From: Deltaproteobacteria bacterium | GTDB lineage: Bacteria > Desulfobacterota > GWC2-55-46 | Assembly: GCA_016234955.1 (NCBI GenBank) | Contig: JACRNN010000204.1 | Span: 1-39,350, forward strand | Length of the DNA stretch: 39,350 nucleotides | Direction: 5' to 3' | Shown here: in pieces, positions 25,036 to 34,984 of the stretch | How positions within the stretch are numbered: position 1 is the first letter of the stretch | Layout: each line of letters starts with the position of its first letter | Notes under the pieces: model-generated | Seen by the model: the letters and a program-made list of their open reading frames with translations, nothing else | Database searches by the model: none | What the model was told of the DNA's origin: nothing | Made by a program: the position numbers and the translations under genes

Positions 25036-26646
25036 CTACTCCATGTAACCGAGGTTCTTGAGCTTTTCCGCTATATCTTTTTCCTGCTCCTCCGACAGTT
25101 TTTTAGCCTCGGTCTCATCCGTGGCCGCGTCGTCGGTGTAACGTACCGGTTTACGGGCAAGGTATTCCGGCTCCAGCGCCTGTTCCAGCGCCGCTCCGTC
25201 CATATACGCCGGGACGGCCATATCCATAAGATGGAGTATGGTGGGCGTAACGTCTATTATCCTCGGGTTGTCCAGGACAACGCCCTTTCTTACCGCCGGG
25301 CCTTTGAGCAGGAAGATGCCGTGCCTCTCATGCCTGCCGGACCATCTGTGCGACAGGAAGAGAGAGTCCTCGAAGGCCTTCCTGAAAAAAAGGAACTCGT
25401 TCGGGGCGATTATCTGGTACCCGGGAGAGCAGATGAGAGTCAGGTCCGGCGCCTTATGGGCGTGCTCCCCGGAGTATATATCTTCCCTCCTGTAGACCTC
25501 TGCAATAACCCTTTTCCCGGCCCCATCCCTTATCTCGCATAGCTCTCCGATGAGCCTGCTTGTAACGTCCAGGTACTGCGCGGGCGAAAGGTCGGGGTTT
25601 ATATAGATCGCCCCGGCAACGCCTTCGGAAAAGGCGGTCGTCTTTTCAAAATCGATAAGCGAGTAAAAGACGTTGATGGACTCATCCCCGCCTGGCTTTG
25701 TCCTGCCCCATCCGGCGTTGGGAAGCACCTGCCTGAGGGACCTGGCCAGGCCGCGCATTATCCTGGAACCATTTTTCGCCCTCAACGCCGAGGCCATATC
25801 CTGCTTCAACGTGAGATAGCCCTTTTTAAGGAGCCAGTTATTGAGAAAGAACGCCGCATTCAGCGGACCGGAGCCGTGGTCCGACACCATCATCACGTTC
25901 GTATCCGGCCCGGCCTTCTCAATGATCCTGCCGAGCGCGGCGTCGAGCCTTATGTACACCTCCGCGACAGCGCCGCCGTATCTGGAGTGCTCGGGGTGCC
26001 GGGGGTCGAGGTACTTCCAGAAGAAGTGCTGGACGCGGTCCGTGGCCATGAAGACGGCGAAAAAGAAGTCCCACGCCTTGCGCTCAATCAGATACAGGCA
26101 GACCTTCTCCCTGTAATCCATCATCTCTACTATGCGCTTCAGGTATGCTCCGGGGTCGCTCTCCTGCCTGCACTCAATCATGTATTTGCCGAAGAGGCCC
26201 TCTATCTCGGCCTTGAGCCCCGGCGGGGTGATGAAGTCGTCCGCGCCGTCAGGCGTGAACATCCCTGAGATGCTAAACCCGTCGAACTCATCCGGCGGAT
26301 AGGTCAACGGGACGTTCATCACGCCCGACTTCCTGCCCTTGTCGCTCAGGATGGACCAGACCGGCCTTACCGCGCGCATGGTCGCGTTGGAGAAGACGAT
26401 CCTCTTCTGCTCGGGCCTGTAGACCATGGCATCGTAGATGGCGTGCTTGCCGGGGTTGACCCCGGTGGATATGGAGGTCCAGGCTACCGGCGTCAGCGGT
26501 GGTATCGTGGATTCAAGCCTGCCCCAGGCGCCATCCCGCATCAGACTTGCCACGTTGGGCATCAATCCCCTGTCCACAAGGGGCTTGATGATGTCGAAGG
26601 TGGCCCCGTCCCAGCCCACCACTATGGTCCTTGTCCTCTCCATCAT
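25036..26646 (-). CDS. Alkaline-phosphatase superfamily (nucleotide pyrophosphatase/phosphodiesterase-like) protein, cytoplasmic
   Basis: VVGWDGATF, STIPPLTPVAWTSISTGVNPGKH, TDRVQHFFW, VSDHGSG, SGRH...G, DVTPTIL, MDG, tail KLKNLGYME. Confidence 0.88.
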   Translation of the reverse strand: MMERTRTIVVGWDGATFDIIKPLVDRGLMPNVASLMRDGAWGRLESTIPPLTPVAWTSISTGVNPGKHAIYDAMVYRPEQKRIVFSNATMRAVRPVWSILSDKGRKSGVMNVPLTYPPDEFDGFSISGMFTPDGADDFITPPGLKAEIEGLFGKYMIECRQESDPGAYLKRIVEMMDYREKVCLYLIERKAWDFFFAVFMATDRVQHFFWKYLDPRHPEHSRYGGAVAEVYIRLDAALGRIIEKAGPDTNVMMVSDHGSGPLNAAFFLNNWLLKKGYLTLKQDMASALRAKNGSRIMRGLARSLRQVLPNAGWGRTKPGGDESINVFYSLIDFEKTTAFSEGVAGAIYINPDLSPAQYLDVTSRLIGELCEIRDGAGKRVIAEVYRREDIYSGEHAHKAPDLTLICSPGYQIIAPNEFLFFRKAFEDSLFLSHRWSGRHERHGIFLLKGPAVRKGVVLDNPRIIDVTPTILHLMDMAVPAYMDGAALEQALEPEYLARKPVRYTDDAATDETEAKKLSEEQEKDIAEKLKNLGYME

Positions 26647-28073
26647 GCCTTATTCCTGTTGAAACCTTTTATAGCGCCTTTGAAAAAAGAGAAGGCGTCC
26701 GGCGGCAGCGCGTCGGTCAGCGACAGCACGCCGAAGTACGCTATGGACCCGAAGCCCACCGCGGCCGGGATGGAGTACCGCTTGAGCCAGATCGTGCCGG
26801 CGGCCCCCGTCGCGCCGGCTAACAGCGTCTTTGACAAAATCTTGTCGAGAACGAGCGGAAGCCCGTTCCTGACGACGAAATAGATGGAAAATAAGAACAG
26901 GAGGCAGTACGAAAAAAGGGCGATGTACGCGGCCGCCATGTAACCGTAATCCGGTATCAGGAACAGGGCGGCCAGAAAGTTAATCGCCAGGGCCGTCCCG
27001 CCGTAATAGACGCTGTACTTCTGCTTGTTCATCACTATCAGCATGGTGTTGAGCAGTATGTCCATGGAAAGCGGGACCGCCGCCCACGCAACCACCATGA
27101 ACGTGGCGGCTGACTCCGAATACTTGCTGCCGAAAACGACGTCTATTATCTCCCCCGCGAACAGGCAGAGGAATATCGAAAGGAAGACGCTCAGTATGAA
27201 TATGTACCTGAAGGTCTTATCATAGACCGCCGCCACCCTGGCCGGGTCGCTTTTCATGAGCCTTGAGAGCACGGGCAGGAGGGCCGCGACCAGGGCGAAC
27301 GGCAACACCTGTATCTGCATCACCATGTTGTGCGGTATCTGGAACAACGCCACTTCCTTCGCGCTCCCCAGCCATTTCAACATCAAGACGTCGATCCTGA
27401 AAAGATTTTGATAGAAAAATATGCCGAGCCCTATGACCGAGGAGTGCTTGAGCAGGGCCCAGAACACCTTTCCGTCTATCGTAAAGGACGGGCGCACGAA
27501 CCTGTATGACACGATGACGGCCGCCACGGACAACTGGACGGCGTTGGCGGCGGCCGTCGCTATCAGGAGCCATAAAAGGCCCATGTCAAGGTATATGACC
27601 ACGGCCACGCCGGCGGACATGACGACGCAGGATACGATCGTTATCAAAGGCTCGTAGAGCATCTTCTCGAACGCCTGAAAGACGATCCTGAAGAGCATGC
27701 CGAAGGTAAGGAAGGTCTCGGAGAATATCGCCACGACGATGCCGGCCGCCATCAGCTTTGAGGGCCTCAGGAACGCCAGGAATATCAGCATCGCGGCAAA
27801 GGCAATGGAGGCAAGCGCCCCCCTGAGCACCAGGGCCGAGCCGAGATAGACGTGCGCATTGGCCCTGTCCATGGCTATATCGCGGATAGTGACCTGCTGA
27901 ATGCCGAAGTACGACAAGGCCATCACGGACGATACCAGCGCTACGATGTAGGCGTAGTCCCCGTACAGTTCGACGGAGAGATACCTCGCCGCCGCGATGA
28001 TGATGAAAGAGGAAGCGGCGATCTGAATCCCCCTTGCCATCAGTATGAATATCGAGTTCTTTATTACGCTCAT
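26643..28073 (-). CDS. wzx: Wzx-type polysaccharide flippase
   Basis: 476 aa polytopic MOP-family pattern: KNS, ARYL..E.YG.Y, RID..ML, LLP.LSR, VFGSKY..SA. Confidence 0.88.
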   Translation of the reverse strand: MSVIKNSIFILMARGIQIAASSFIIIAAARYLSVELYGDYAYIVALVSSVMALSYFGIQQVTIRDIAMDRANAHVYLGSALVLRGALASIAFAAMLIFLAFLRPSKLMAAGIVVAIFSETFLTFGMLFRIVFQAFEKMLYEPLITIVSCVVMSAGVAVVIYLDMGLLWLLIATAAANAVQLSVAAVIVSYRFVRPSFTIDGKVFWALLKHSSVIGLGIFFYQNLFRIDVLMLKWLGSAKEVALFQIPHNMVMQIQVLPFALVAALLPVLSRLMKSDPARVAAVYDKTFRYIFILSVFLSIFLCLFAGEIIDVVFGSKYSESAATFMVVAWAAVPLSMDILLNTMLIVMNKQKYSVYYGGTALAINFLAALFLIPDYGYMAAAYIALFSYCLLFLFSIYFVVRNGLPLVLDKILSKTLLAGATGAAGTIWLKRYSIPAAVGFGSIAYFGVLSLTDALPPDAFSFFKGAIKGFNRNKA

Positions 28074-28148
28074 GGCACAACGCTCAAGGTGATATGTTTA
28101 TTGCCGACGAAGTTGTATTGCGTCGGCATGGTGTTTTTCAGCGCCCTG

Positions 28149-30326
28149 CTATTTATTGCAATCCTCCGGGCATACGCCCCTCTGCTGTTCTATGGGCTGG
28201 CATATCCCGTCGCCGCACCTGCCCTTCTGCCCGCCCATATTTCTGTTCCCTCCCGTCGGCCTGTCCCCTCCCCTTCCGTTCCCTTCCATTCCACGGCCTT
28301 CATGGCCGTTCGGCAGGTTTGCAGGCGCCTCCCCCGCGTTCAGGTCGAAGACCTCCACCACGGCGGCCTCGAAATAAGCGGCGCAGAACCTCCTATTCCT
28401 GAAGTCGAATGAGAAAGACGACTGGATGGATATCACCGGAGACAATGGCCATTGCCTCTTCAGCACCATATCCTCATATTCGTATACATGTTCACTCATC
28501 ATCGACGGCCCCGGCCTCGCGGCGCCTGAGAGGTATACCCTGTTCTTAGAATTGTCGAAGGCGACGACCCTGTCGCCGTAGGGGAATGTCGCCCTCTGCG
28601 CAAGGGTCTCGGCGTCAAGCACCCTGTCGCCGAGGTACAGGACGCCCTTCTCGGGGTTCGACGTCATTATATGCTCCGCCTTCGTTACGCTCACGAAGGC
28701 GGTCTTCACAAGCCTGTAGCTTCCGGCGTCGTATGCGTGGAGCGTCTGTTGCTCCGGCATGTAGACGTAGAGCCTCCCCATTTTCTCATTGAACGCGAGG
28801 ACTATCTTGCCGGGGGACGGGTTGGCGTTCGTCCTTTCGATATCGAAGTTCTCTATCTGTATGGTCCTTATCAGCCTCTGGCCTTTCGCGTCCACAACCG
28901 CGAGCGTCCCGAGCTCCGGGAACGCGGCGTAAAGGACCTGCCCCTTCCTGTCCATTATCATGGCAGAGAGGTTGTCGGTCCTCGGTTTTTTCGCGAGCCC
29001 CAAGGGTATGTGGGATACCACCCTGTTGGAGATGGTATCTATCACGTCTATCCTGCCGGCGTAATGGCTCAGCACATATAACATGCCCCCGTCATAGACC
29101 ATGTCCGTGGGCCAGAGCCCTATGCCCTGAGTCCCCATGCCGGCGTTCTCGTTGGGGATGGTGGTGATGGCCCTGGCGCGCATGTCATAAAAAGAGATGA
29201 GGTTGCCGCCGAGCCTGTCCCTCGTGTAAAAGCCGGTAGAGTCCGCGTTCAACGCTATCTCGTCGACGGATATGCCCACGCGTATGTCCTTGATCTTCCT
29301 GTTGCCGCCATTGAGGTCGAACACGCTTATTGTCCCGTCTCCGGTATTGGAGGAGTAGAGCTTGCCGGTCTGAGGGTCTATGTCGAAATAGAGCCCGTCG
29401 GGGCCGTGCTTTATGCGGCTGACGACGTTGCCGGAGGCGTCCTTGATGTTGATGACCCCATAGGCGGCGTTCTCGTCCTGCAGGTACCCGACCTTGAACG
29501 GATAACCCGAGTCCAAAAAGCTCAAGCCCCTGTAGGTCTGGGGCGTGCCCTTCCTGGGCATGGGGAGATAAGACGGGAGGGTTGGAGCCTCTGTCGCCAT
29601 TTTCCGCACTATGTCGACCTTGAAGGTCTTCTTGCTGCCGAAGTCAAAGAGATAGAGGTCGTGCGTCCTCGGGTCGAGGAACATGAACCCGCCGGGCATC
29701 CCGATGTCGAACGTATCGACAAGCTCGTCGCTGTCGAGGTCTACGACCCCGATGGAGGTAGACTTGGTTCCGCTGATGTAGAGGCGGCGTTTCGCGGCGT
29801 CGACCACCGGGTTGCCGAGCTTCAGGATATTGCCGTAGGGGGTCCTGGTGATGAGGTCTTTTATGTTTATCCTTTCAAGCGATTGCACTGTGGGCGCGGC
29901 TGAGGCGGCCCTCCCTGGCTGAGGGCCGGGGTGCGCTCCGGCAGCGCCTGAGTGGTTGACGTCTTCGAGCTTGAGGACGGCGTCGTGTACGAGACGGGCC
30001 GCCTCCGCCGCGCCGCCGGAACCGAGCAGCGACTCGATGCGCCGCGCCTCCTCCCTCGAGAGGACTCTATCCACCGGCATACCGCTGTGGAGCATGGACG
30101 ATATGACCCCTCCCAACTGCCTGTACCTCTCCTGAACGTTCCCGGCATTGGCCGGGGACTGGCGCTCCGCGGCAATGAGCTCCCGCGTCGCCGCCGACGG
30201 GTCGCCCTGATTTGGCTGCCTCTGCCCGTCCTCGGCCAGTACGTCGCCCGGCAAGAGGTGTTGGACCACAGGCAGAAGGAAAAGGAAGACCGACGCCATA
30301 CTCAGGAAAAATAATTTTTTGCACAT
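28149..30326 (-). CDS. Secreted YncE-like beta-propeller protein with Cys-rich C-terminal tail
   Basis: Signal peptide; repeated propeller blades (KLYSSNTGDGTISVFD, LYVLSHYAGRIDVIDT, LYAAFPELGTLAVVD); Gly-rich linker, then CGDGIC...CPEDC. Confidence 0.72.
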   Translation of the reverse strand: MCKKLFFLSMASVFLFLLPVVQHLLPGDVLAEDGQRQPNQGDPSAATRELIAAERQSPANAGNVQERYRQLGGVISSMLHSGMPVDRVLSREEARRIESLLGSGGAAEAARLVHDAVLKLEDVNHSGAAGAHPGPQPGRAASAAPTVQSLERINIKDLITRTPYGNILKLGNPVVDAAKRRLYISGTKSTSIGVVDLDSDELVDTFDIGMPGGFMFLDPRTHDLYLFDFGSKKTFKVDIVRKMATEAPTLPSYLPMPRKGTPQTYRGLSFLDSGYPFKVGYLQDENAAYGVINIKDASGNVVSRIKHGPDGLYFDIDPQTGKLYSSNTGDGTISVFDLNGGNRKIKDIRVGISVDEIALNADSTGFYTRDRLGGNLISFYDMRARAITTIPNENAGMGTQGIGLWPTDMVYDGGMLYVLSHYAGRIDVIDTISNRVVSHIPLGLAKKPRTDNLSAMIMDRKGQVLYAAFPELGTLAVVDAKGQRLIRTIQIENFDIERTNANPSPGKIVLAFNEKMGRLYVYMPEQQTLHAYDAGSYRLVKTAFVSVTKAEHIMTSNPEKGVLYLGDRVLDAETLAQRATFPYGDRVVAFDNSKNRVYLSGAARPGPSMMSEHVYEYEDMVLKRQWPLSPVISIQSSFSFDFRNRRFCAAYFEAAVVEVFDLNAGEAPANLPNGHEGRGMEGNGRGGDRPTGGNRNMGGQKGRCGDGICQPIEQQRGVCPEDCNK

Positions 30327-30478
30327 TTTAACACCCCTCGGATGGGTTGCAGGTTTACGGCAGCCGCACGTTTCAAAAAAGCTTCGGCGATAAACGGCTC
30401 AGCCGCGTTTGAAAAAGCATTAAAAGCTCACGACCATAGGGTTTTCCGCTCGCCCGGACGCGGGCCGACGGGGATAGG

Positions 30479-31999
30479 CTACCCTCCCTGATCTGATACT
30501 TCAGCGCTTATAGCCCTATTATCAGCGGCCTTTTCCCTGTCCTTGACGATATTCACCACCGCCATGGCGAACCCAAGCGGGAACCAGAAGTACTTCGAGC
30601 CGTACGAGGTAAGGTCATAGTCGACAAGGCCGTGCACGCCGCTCTCGGTAATCAGGGCCGCCACCGAGGCGAGCAGCATGTAATAACAATAGTCCCTTTT
30701 CGCGTTCCTCAGGTGGAAGTAGGTGTTTTTCACTATCAAATATAAAAGGATTATCAGAAGCAAGACGCCAAATACCCCCATATCGTAGAAAAAGGCGAAC
30801 GACACGCTGTTGACCTCCGGGGACGTGACCGTATTGCCGCCGCTCGAATAATATACGAACCCCCCGTTCCCCAGGCCCACGAGGAGCTTATATGGGTGCT
30901 TGACCATCTCATGCAAGCCGTTCTTCCACCATATCTCCCTCATCTCCATGCCGCTGAGGCCCTGCCCCTGCGACGTATCGGCCTCCGTTCCTGTGAATGT
31001 TTTATCCGAGAACAGGAGCTTGCCCTTGTAGCCGAACCCGACAAGCATCCTGTCGATGAGGCCGGGCTTGACCACAAGCACCGTGAATACAAACAACACG
31101 AAGAAGATGAAAGAATACTTGATGAACCTGTTCCTGAAACCGGGGTTTATGAAGATAAAAAACAGGTAGGCGCTGGTAAGCCCGATTATCACCCCCCTGG
31201 AAGTGGTCAGTATTATGCCGAAGAGCATGTACATTATGAGGATGAAGTAGATGGCCTTTACCTTCCACCTCTTCTCGTGCGCCATCGAACCGAGCGCCAT
31301 GAATACCGCCATGGATACGTAGCCCGCGACATGGTCGACTCCGCCCAGGCCCGCGGGCCTGTCGACCTGCTCCTGGAACGCCATCTTAAGACCGCTCCCC
31401 TTGGTGAGATATATGGTCTTCTCAACGTCTATCCATTGGGAAAGGATTATGGCGGTCGCCACGGCCACGCCCGCGAATATCCAGATATAGGACGTCCTCC
31501 TGAGCGTGGCCTCGTCCACGACCGTATTCAGGACAAGATAAAAAAGGGCGATGTTCAGGAACGTAATTACGGAAAGCCAGGCGGCTATCTTCAAGTGGGG
31601 CGCCCATATCATGGAGACGGTATCGAAGACGACGATGATCCAGAGGACGCTCGTTACCGGGGACTCCCTGAGGGGCTTTTTTTTGGCGACGCTCAACACT
31701 ACAACGCCGAGTATGCCCGCTAAAAGAGGCAGATAATACGGATATATCCTTATCTCATAGTACGGCGGGTACGAGATGAAGTACTGCACCATCTCCTCCA
31801 CCAGTACCAGCAATACGAGATAAAATGCGTATACAGGCTTGAACAGCCCCACGGCGAATATGCCGGCCGTTGCCAGCGATACGGCGAACACGTACCACGG
31901 CGCGGCAAGATAAACCATGCCCAGGACGACCCCGGCGGTCAGGAATATGGCCGGCAGATGAACCCCGTTCTTGGATATCGAAACCCGCATATCTTTCAT
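30479..31999 (-). CDS. Wzy polymerase / O-antigen ligase family membrane protein
   Basis: About 12 TM helices; LTTSRG, R..WW..G..M...P..LVGLG.GGF loop. Start at 31999 (ATGA overlap). Confidence 0.82.
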   Translation of the reverse strand: MKDMRVSISKNGVHLPAIFLTAGVVLGMVYLAAPWYVFAVSLATAGIFAVGLFKPVYAFYLVLLVLVEEMVQYFISYPPYYEIRIYPYYLPLLAGILGVVVLSVAKKKPLRESPVTSVLWIIVVFDTVSMIWAPHLKIAAWLSVITFLNIALFYLVLNTVVDEATLRRTSYIWIFAGVAVATAIILSQWIDVEKTIYLTKGSGLKMAFQEQVDRPAGLGGVDHVAGYVSMAVFMALGSMAHEKRWKVKAIYFILIMYMLFGIILTTSRGVIIGLTSAYLFFIFINPGFRNRFIKYSFIFFVLFVFTVLVVKPGLIDRMLVGFGYKGKLLFSDKTFTGTEADTSQGQGLSGMEMREIWWKNGLHEMVKHPYKLLVGLGNGGFVYYSSGGNTVTSPEVNSVSFAFFYDMGVFGVLLLIILLYLIVKNTYFHLRNAKRDYCYYMLLASVAALITESGVHGLVDYDLTSYGSKYFWFPLGFAMAVVNIVKDREKAADNRAISAEVSDQGG

Positions 32000-32733
32000 T
32001 TGGCTGGAAAAAGGCAAATCGATACCGGGCAGCTTACTAACTTTGAAGGGTTAGAGAACGACAACTCCACCGCCGTTTGACGCCCGGCCAGCTTCTCGAT
32101 GCAATGAAAAGCCTCCGGCAGGCGGTCCTTTATGCTTCCGGCCCTGTGGGTGTCGCTCGCCAGTATATGCGCAAGGTTGTTTTTAACCAGCGCCTTCACC
32201 GCGCCCTTGACCTTCCTGCCGTACTCGCCGAGCAGGCTGCCGGCGTTTATCTGCACAAGCACTCCCCTGTCCACGAACTCCTTGACGGCCGTATAATCCC
32301 TTATGACCTCGTCGCACCTCTCCGGATGGCACCAGATAGGGGTTATGCCCGAAGTCATCAGCTTGAAAAAGACGTCATGGGCGTACATGGGTATGTCATA
32401 TGGAGGGAACTCTATCAACGCGTACTTCCCCATGCCGTTTATCGTGAGCCTCCTGTCGGAGAGCACCGCCGGCAGGTCGTGGCTGAACCAAAGCTCAGCC
32501 CCGAGGGCTATGGCTATGCCGATATTCCTGGCGGCCACAGCCTCCTGAAGCTCCTTGAAGAGGCAGGCCACTCTATCGAGGTCCATGCCGCTATACGGGA
32601 AGTGCGGGGTCAGGACCACCCCCCTGACCCCGGCCTCAGCCGCCTCTTTCATTATTACGAGGGACTCGCCCAGGTCCCCGGCGCCGTCGTCCACGCCGGG
32701 AAGGATGTGGGTATGTATGTCGAAAAATTCCAT
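31996..32733 (-). CDS. CpsB/CapC PHP-family tyrosine phosphatase
   Basis: DIHTHILPGVDDGA, LTPH, GAE, HPER, QINAGS, LASDTH. Confidence 0.93.
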   Translation of the reverse strand: MEFFDIHTHILPGVDDGAGDLGESLVIMKEAAEAGVRGVVLTPHFPYSGMDLDRVACLFKELQEAVAARNIGIAIALGAELWFSHDLPAVLSDRRLTINGMGKYALIEFPPYDIPMYAHDVFFKLMTSGITPIWCHPERCDEVIRDYTAVKEFVDRGVLVQINAGSLLGEYGRKVKGAVKALVKNNLAHILASDTHRAGSIKDRLPEAFHCIEKLAGRQTAVELSFSNPSKLVSCPVSICLFPAK

Positions 32734-32758
32734 AGTAGGCCCCGATCGGATGTCCCGT

Positions 32759-34954
32759 CTACTTGTACTGCTGATAATAATAGTAGTAGGAATGCCTGCT
32801 GGTGGAGACCTTGTTCAGAGCGGCGCCTATAACGTTTATCCCCGCCTTGGTAAACAGTTCCATGATATCGGCGATATGCTTTTTCTTGGCCTTGCCGCTC
32901 TCTATCACCAGGATGACCCCGTCTGCGGCCCTGCCTAATATCACGGCGTCGCTGGCCGCCAGGATCGGCGGGGAATCGATGATCACAAGGTCGTATGCCT
33001 CTTCCATGTCCTTTATCAGCTGGTGCATCTTCTTTGACTCGACGAGCCTGGCGGGGTCCGGCGGGATAGGCCCCGTGGGGATTATGCTCAACCCCTCCAC
33101 GCCGCTGTCCAGACGGACGGCGTTTTCATCCGCCTCACCCACGATGAAGCTGGTAAGCCCGATCGTCCTGGGCACGTTGAAATATACGGTGATCCCCGGC
33201 CTTCTCAGGTCGCCGTCTATCAGAAGCACCTTCTTGCCTTCGGTGGCCGCCTGTATGGCGAGGTTCGAGGCGAAGAAGCTCTTGCCCTCGTCCTGCACAG
33301 AGCTTGTCACAACGATGCTCTTTGGCGGTTTGTCGGTGGTGGCGAACCTTATGCTGTTACGTATGGTCCTCAAGGACTCCCTGATGGGCGACCTCGGGTC
33401 CGCCTCGTTGATGAGCTTAGGCTCCTTTTTCTTCAACATGAAGACGCTTCCGAGGTAGGTAAGGTGCTTTACGGCCTTGACGTCATCGGAGGTGCAGACG
33501 GAATCGTCGAGGTATTCTATCAGGAGGGCCGCGCCCATCCCGAAAGGCGCGCCGAGGACTATCGCTATGATCGTATTGAGAAAGAGGTCCGGGTGCCTGT
33601 GCTTGGAGTCGTTCCTGTCGTGGACTATCGCCGGCTCCACGATGTATATGCTTGAGACCGCCATGGATTCGGCCATGCCCATCTGGTAGCGGTACTTCAG
33701 CATGGAGTTGTATATGTCCTGCGTGACGTTCACCGAGAGTTGGAGCTGGGCGTAATCCGCCGACTTCCTCGGCAGGGTCATCAACTCGCGCTCATACTTC
33801 TTTATGATTACCGGCAGGGCCTGGTTCTGGCTCTCAAGCGAGGCCATGTCCACGTAATATCCGGCGAGTTTTACCGAGACGTCCTGGTAGACCGGGTCTA
33901 TGCCCACGGTCTCGCTGCCGAATATCTTCTTGAGCTCCTTGTCGAGCAGGTCCTTTGACTCGTTGATCTTGTTCCGTATGTCTATAACGGCGGGGTGCTC
34001 GCCGGTGTATTTCGTCCGCGACTCGGCAAGGCTCAGGTAAAGGTCCCTCAGCGTGACCTTGAGGTTCAGGACCATCTCGTTGTCCTTCATCTGTTCGGAG
34101 GTCTTCTGGTACTTGGGGATGGCGCTCAACTGGGACTCGGCCCTGGATATCGACGCCCTGTCCTTGAAGATGGCGACGTTGTTGTCGGAGACCTGCTTCC
34201 TGTAGTCCGATATCCTCTGCAGGAGGTTCGTCGTCTCGGTATCGAGGTTTACGGTCTGCTCCTTCTCCTTGTAGTCCTTGAGCTCCTTTAGCGCGTTCTG
34301 GTATTCAGCCCTGGTCCTCTCTATGTTGGCCTCTATGAATTTGGAGACGCCCTTGTAGTCCTCCCTTACCCTCTTCAATTCGTCTCTGATAAAGGCATCG
34401 GCCATCTTGTTCGCCAGGGCGGCCGCCTGGACATTGTCCGGTGAAACCGCCTCTATTTCAATAAGGTCCGTCGATTCGTTCTGTTCGAAGTCGACGTGCG
34501 GCCTCGGTAATATCATGGCGAGGACGGAGGAGTCGAGCAGGTCGTCGGCCGTCATGACCTCTTCGGTCGACTCCACGTTGACGCCGAGGAGGCGCAGAAA
34601 AGGCCTCAAGAGGGGGATCGCCTTCATTATCCGCGCCCTTGTCCTCTCCCTCGTGACCTTGAGCTCGGATACGACCCTCTCGGCCACGGGCCTCACTCCG
34701 GCGAGGGCAAGGTAATCGGCCCTGTCGGTGTCGGTTAAGGCGGTGGTGGAGGAAGTCCCTGAGCTCTGCAACCCTATGCTTGAGAGGATGGAAGAAGAGG
34801 CCGCGGACCTGCGCAACAGCACCTGCGCGGTCGCGTCATACCACGGCGTTATTAAAAGCGAGCCGGTGACTATCGTGAGGAAGACGGCAAAAAACAGGAT
34901 TATAGCCGTCCACCTCCTCCTCCAGAGGATTTCGAGAATATGTCTAAGTTCCAT
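32759..34954 (-). CDS. wzc: Wzc polysaccharide co-polymerase / tyrosine autokinase
   Basis: Two TMs with a coiled-coil periplasmic region; Walker A SSVQDEGKS, LLIDGDLRRP, IIDSPP; C-terminal Tyr cluster SYYYYYQQY. Confidence 0.94.
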   Translation of the reverse strand: MELRHILEILWRRRWTAIILFFAVFLTIVTGSLLITPWYDATAQVLLRRSAASSSILSSIGLQSSGTSSTTALTDTDRADYLALAGVRPVAERVVSELKVTRERTRARIMKAIPLLRPFLRLLGVNVESTEEVMTADDLLDSSVLAMILPRPHVDFEQNESTDLIEIEAVSPDNVQAAALANKMADAFIRDELKRVREDYKGVSKFIEANIERTRAEYQNALKELKDYKEKEQTVNLDTETTNLLQRISDYRKQVSDNNVAIFKDRASISRAESQLSAIPKYQKTSEQMKDNEMVLNLKVTLRDLYLSLAESRTKYTGEHPAVIDIRNKINESKDLLDKELKKIFGSETVGIDPVYQDVSVKLAGYYVDMASLESQNQALPVIIKKYERELMTLPRKSADYAQLQLSVNVTQDIYNSMLKYRYQMGMAESMAVSSIYIVEPAIVHDRNDSKHRHPDLFLNTIIAIVLGAPFGMGAALLIEYLDDSVCTSDDVKAVKHLTYLGSVFMLKKKEPKLINEADPRSPIRESLRTIRNSIRFATTDKPPKSIVVTSSVQDEGKSFFASNLAIQAATEGKKVLLIDGDLRRPGITVYFNVPRTIGLTSFIVGEADENAVRLDSGVEGLSIIPTGPIPPDPARLVESKKMHQLIKDMEEAYDLVIIDSPPILAASDAVILGRAADGVILVIESGKAKKKHIADIMELFTKAGINVIGAALNKVSTSRHSYYYYYQQYK

Positions 34955-34984
34955 TTGATTCCCCTACGCGCAAAGTTTTGAAGT

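Noticed and set aside
30357-30418. Mini CRISPR array or c-di-GMP riboswitch
   Set aside because: Only two imperfect units separated by 11 bp, no cas genes, and no GEMM consensus visible.
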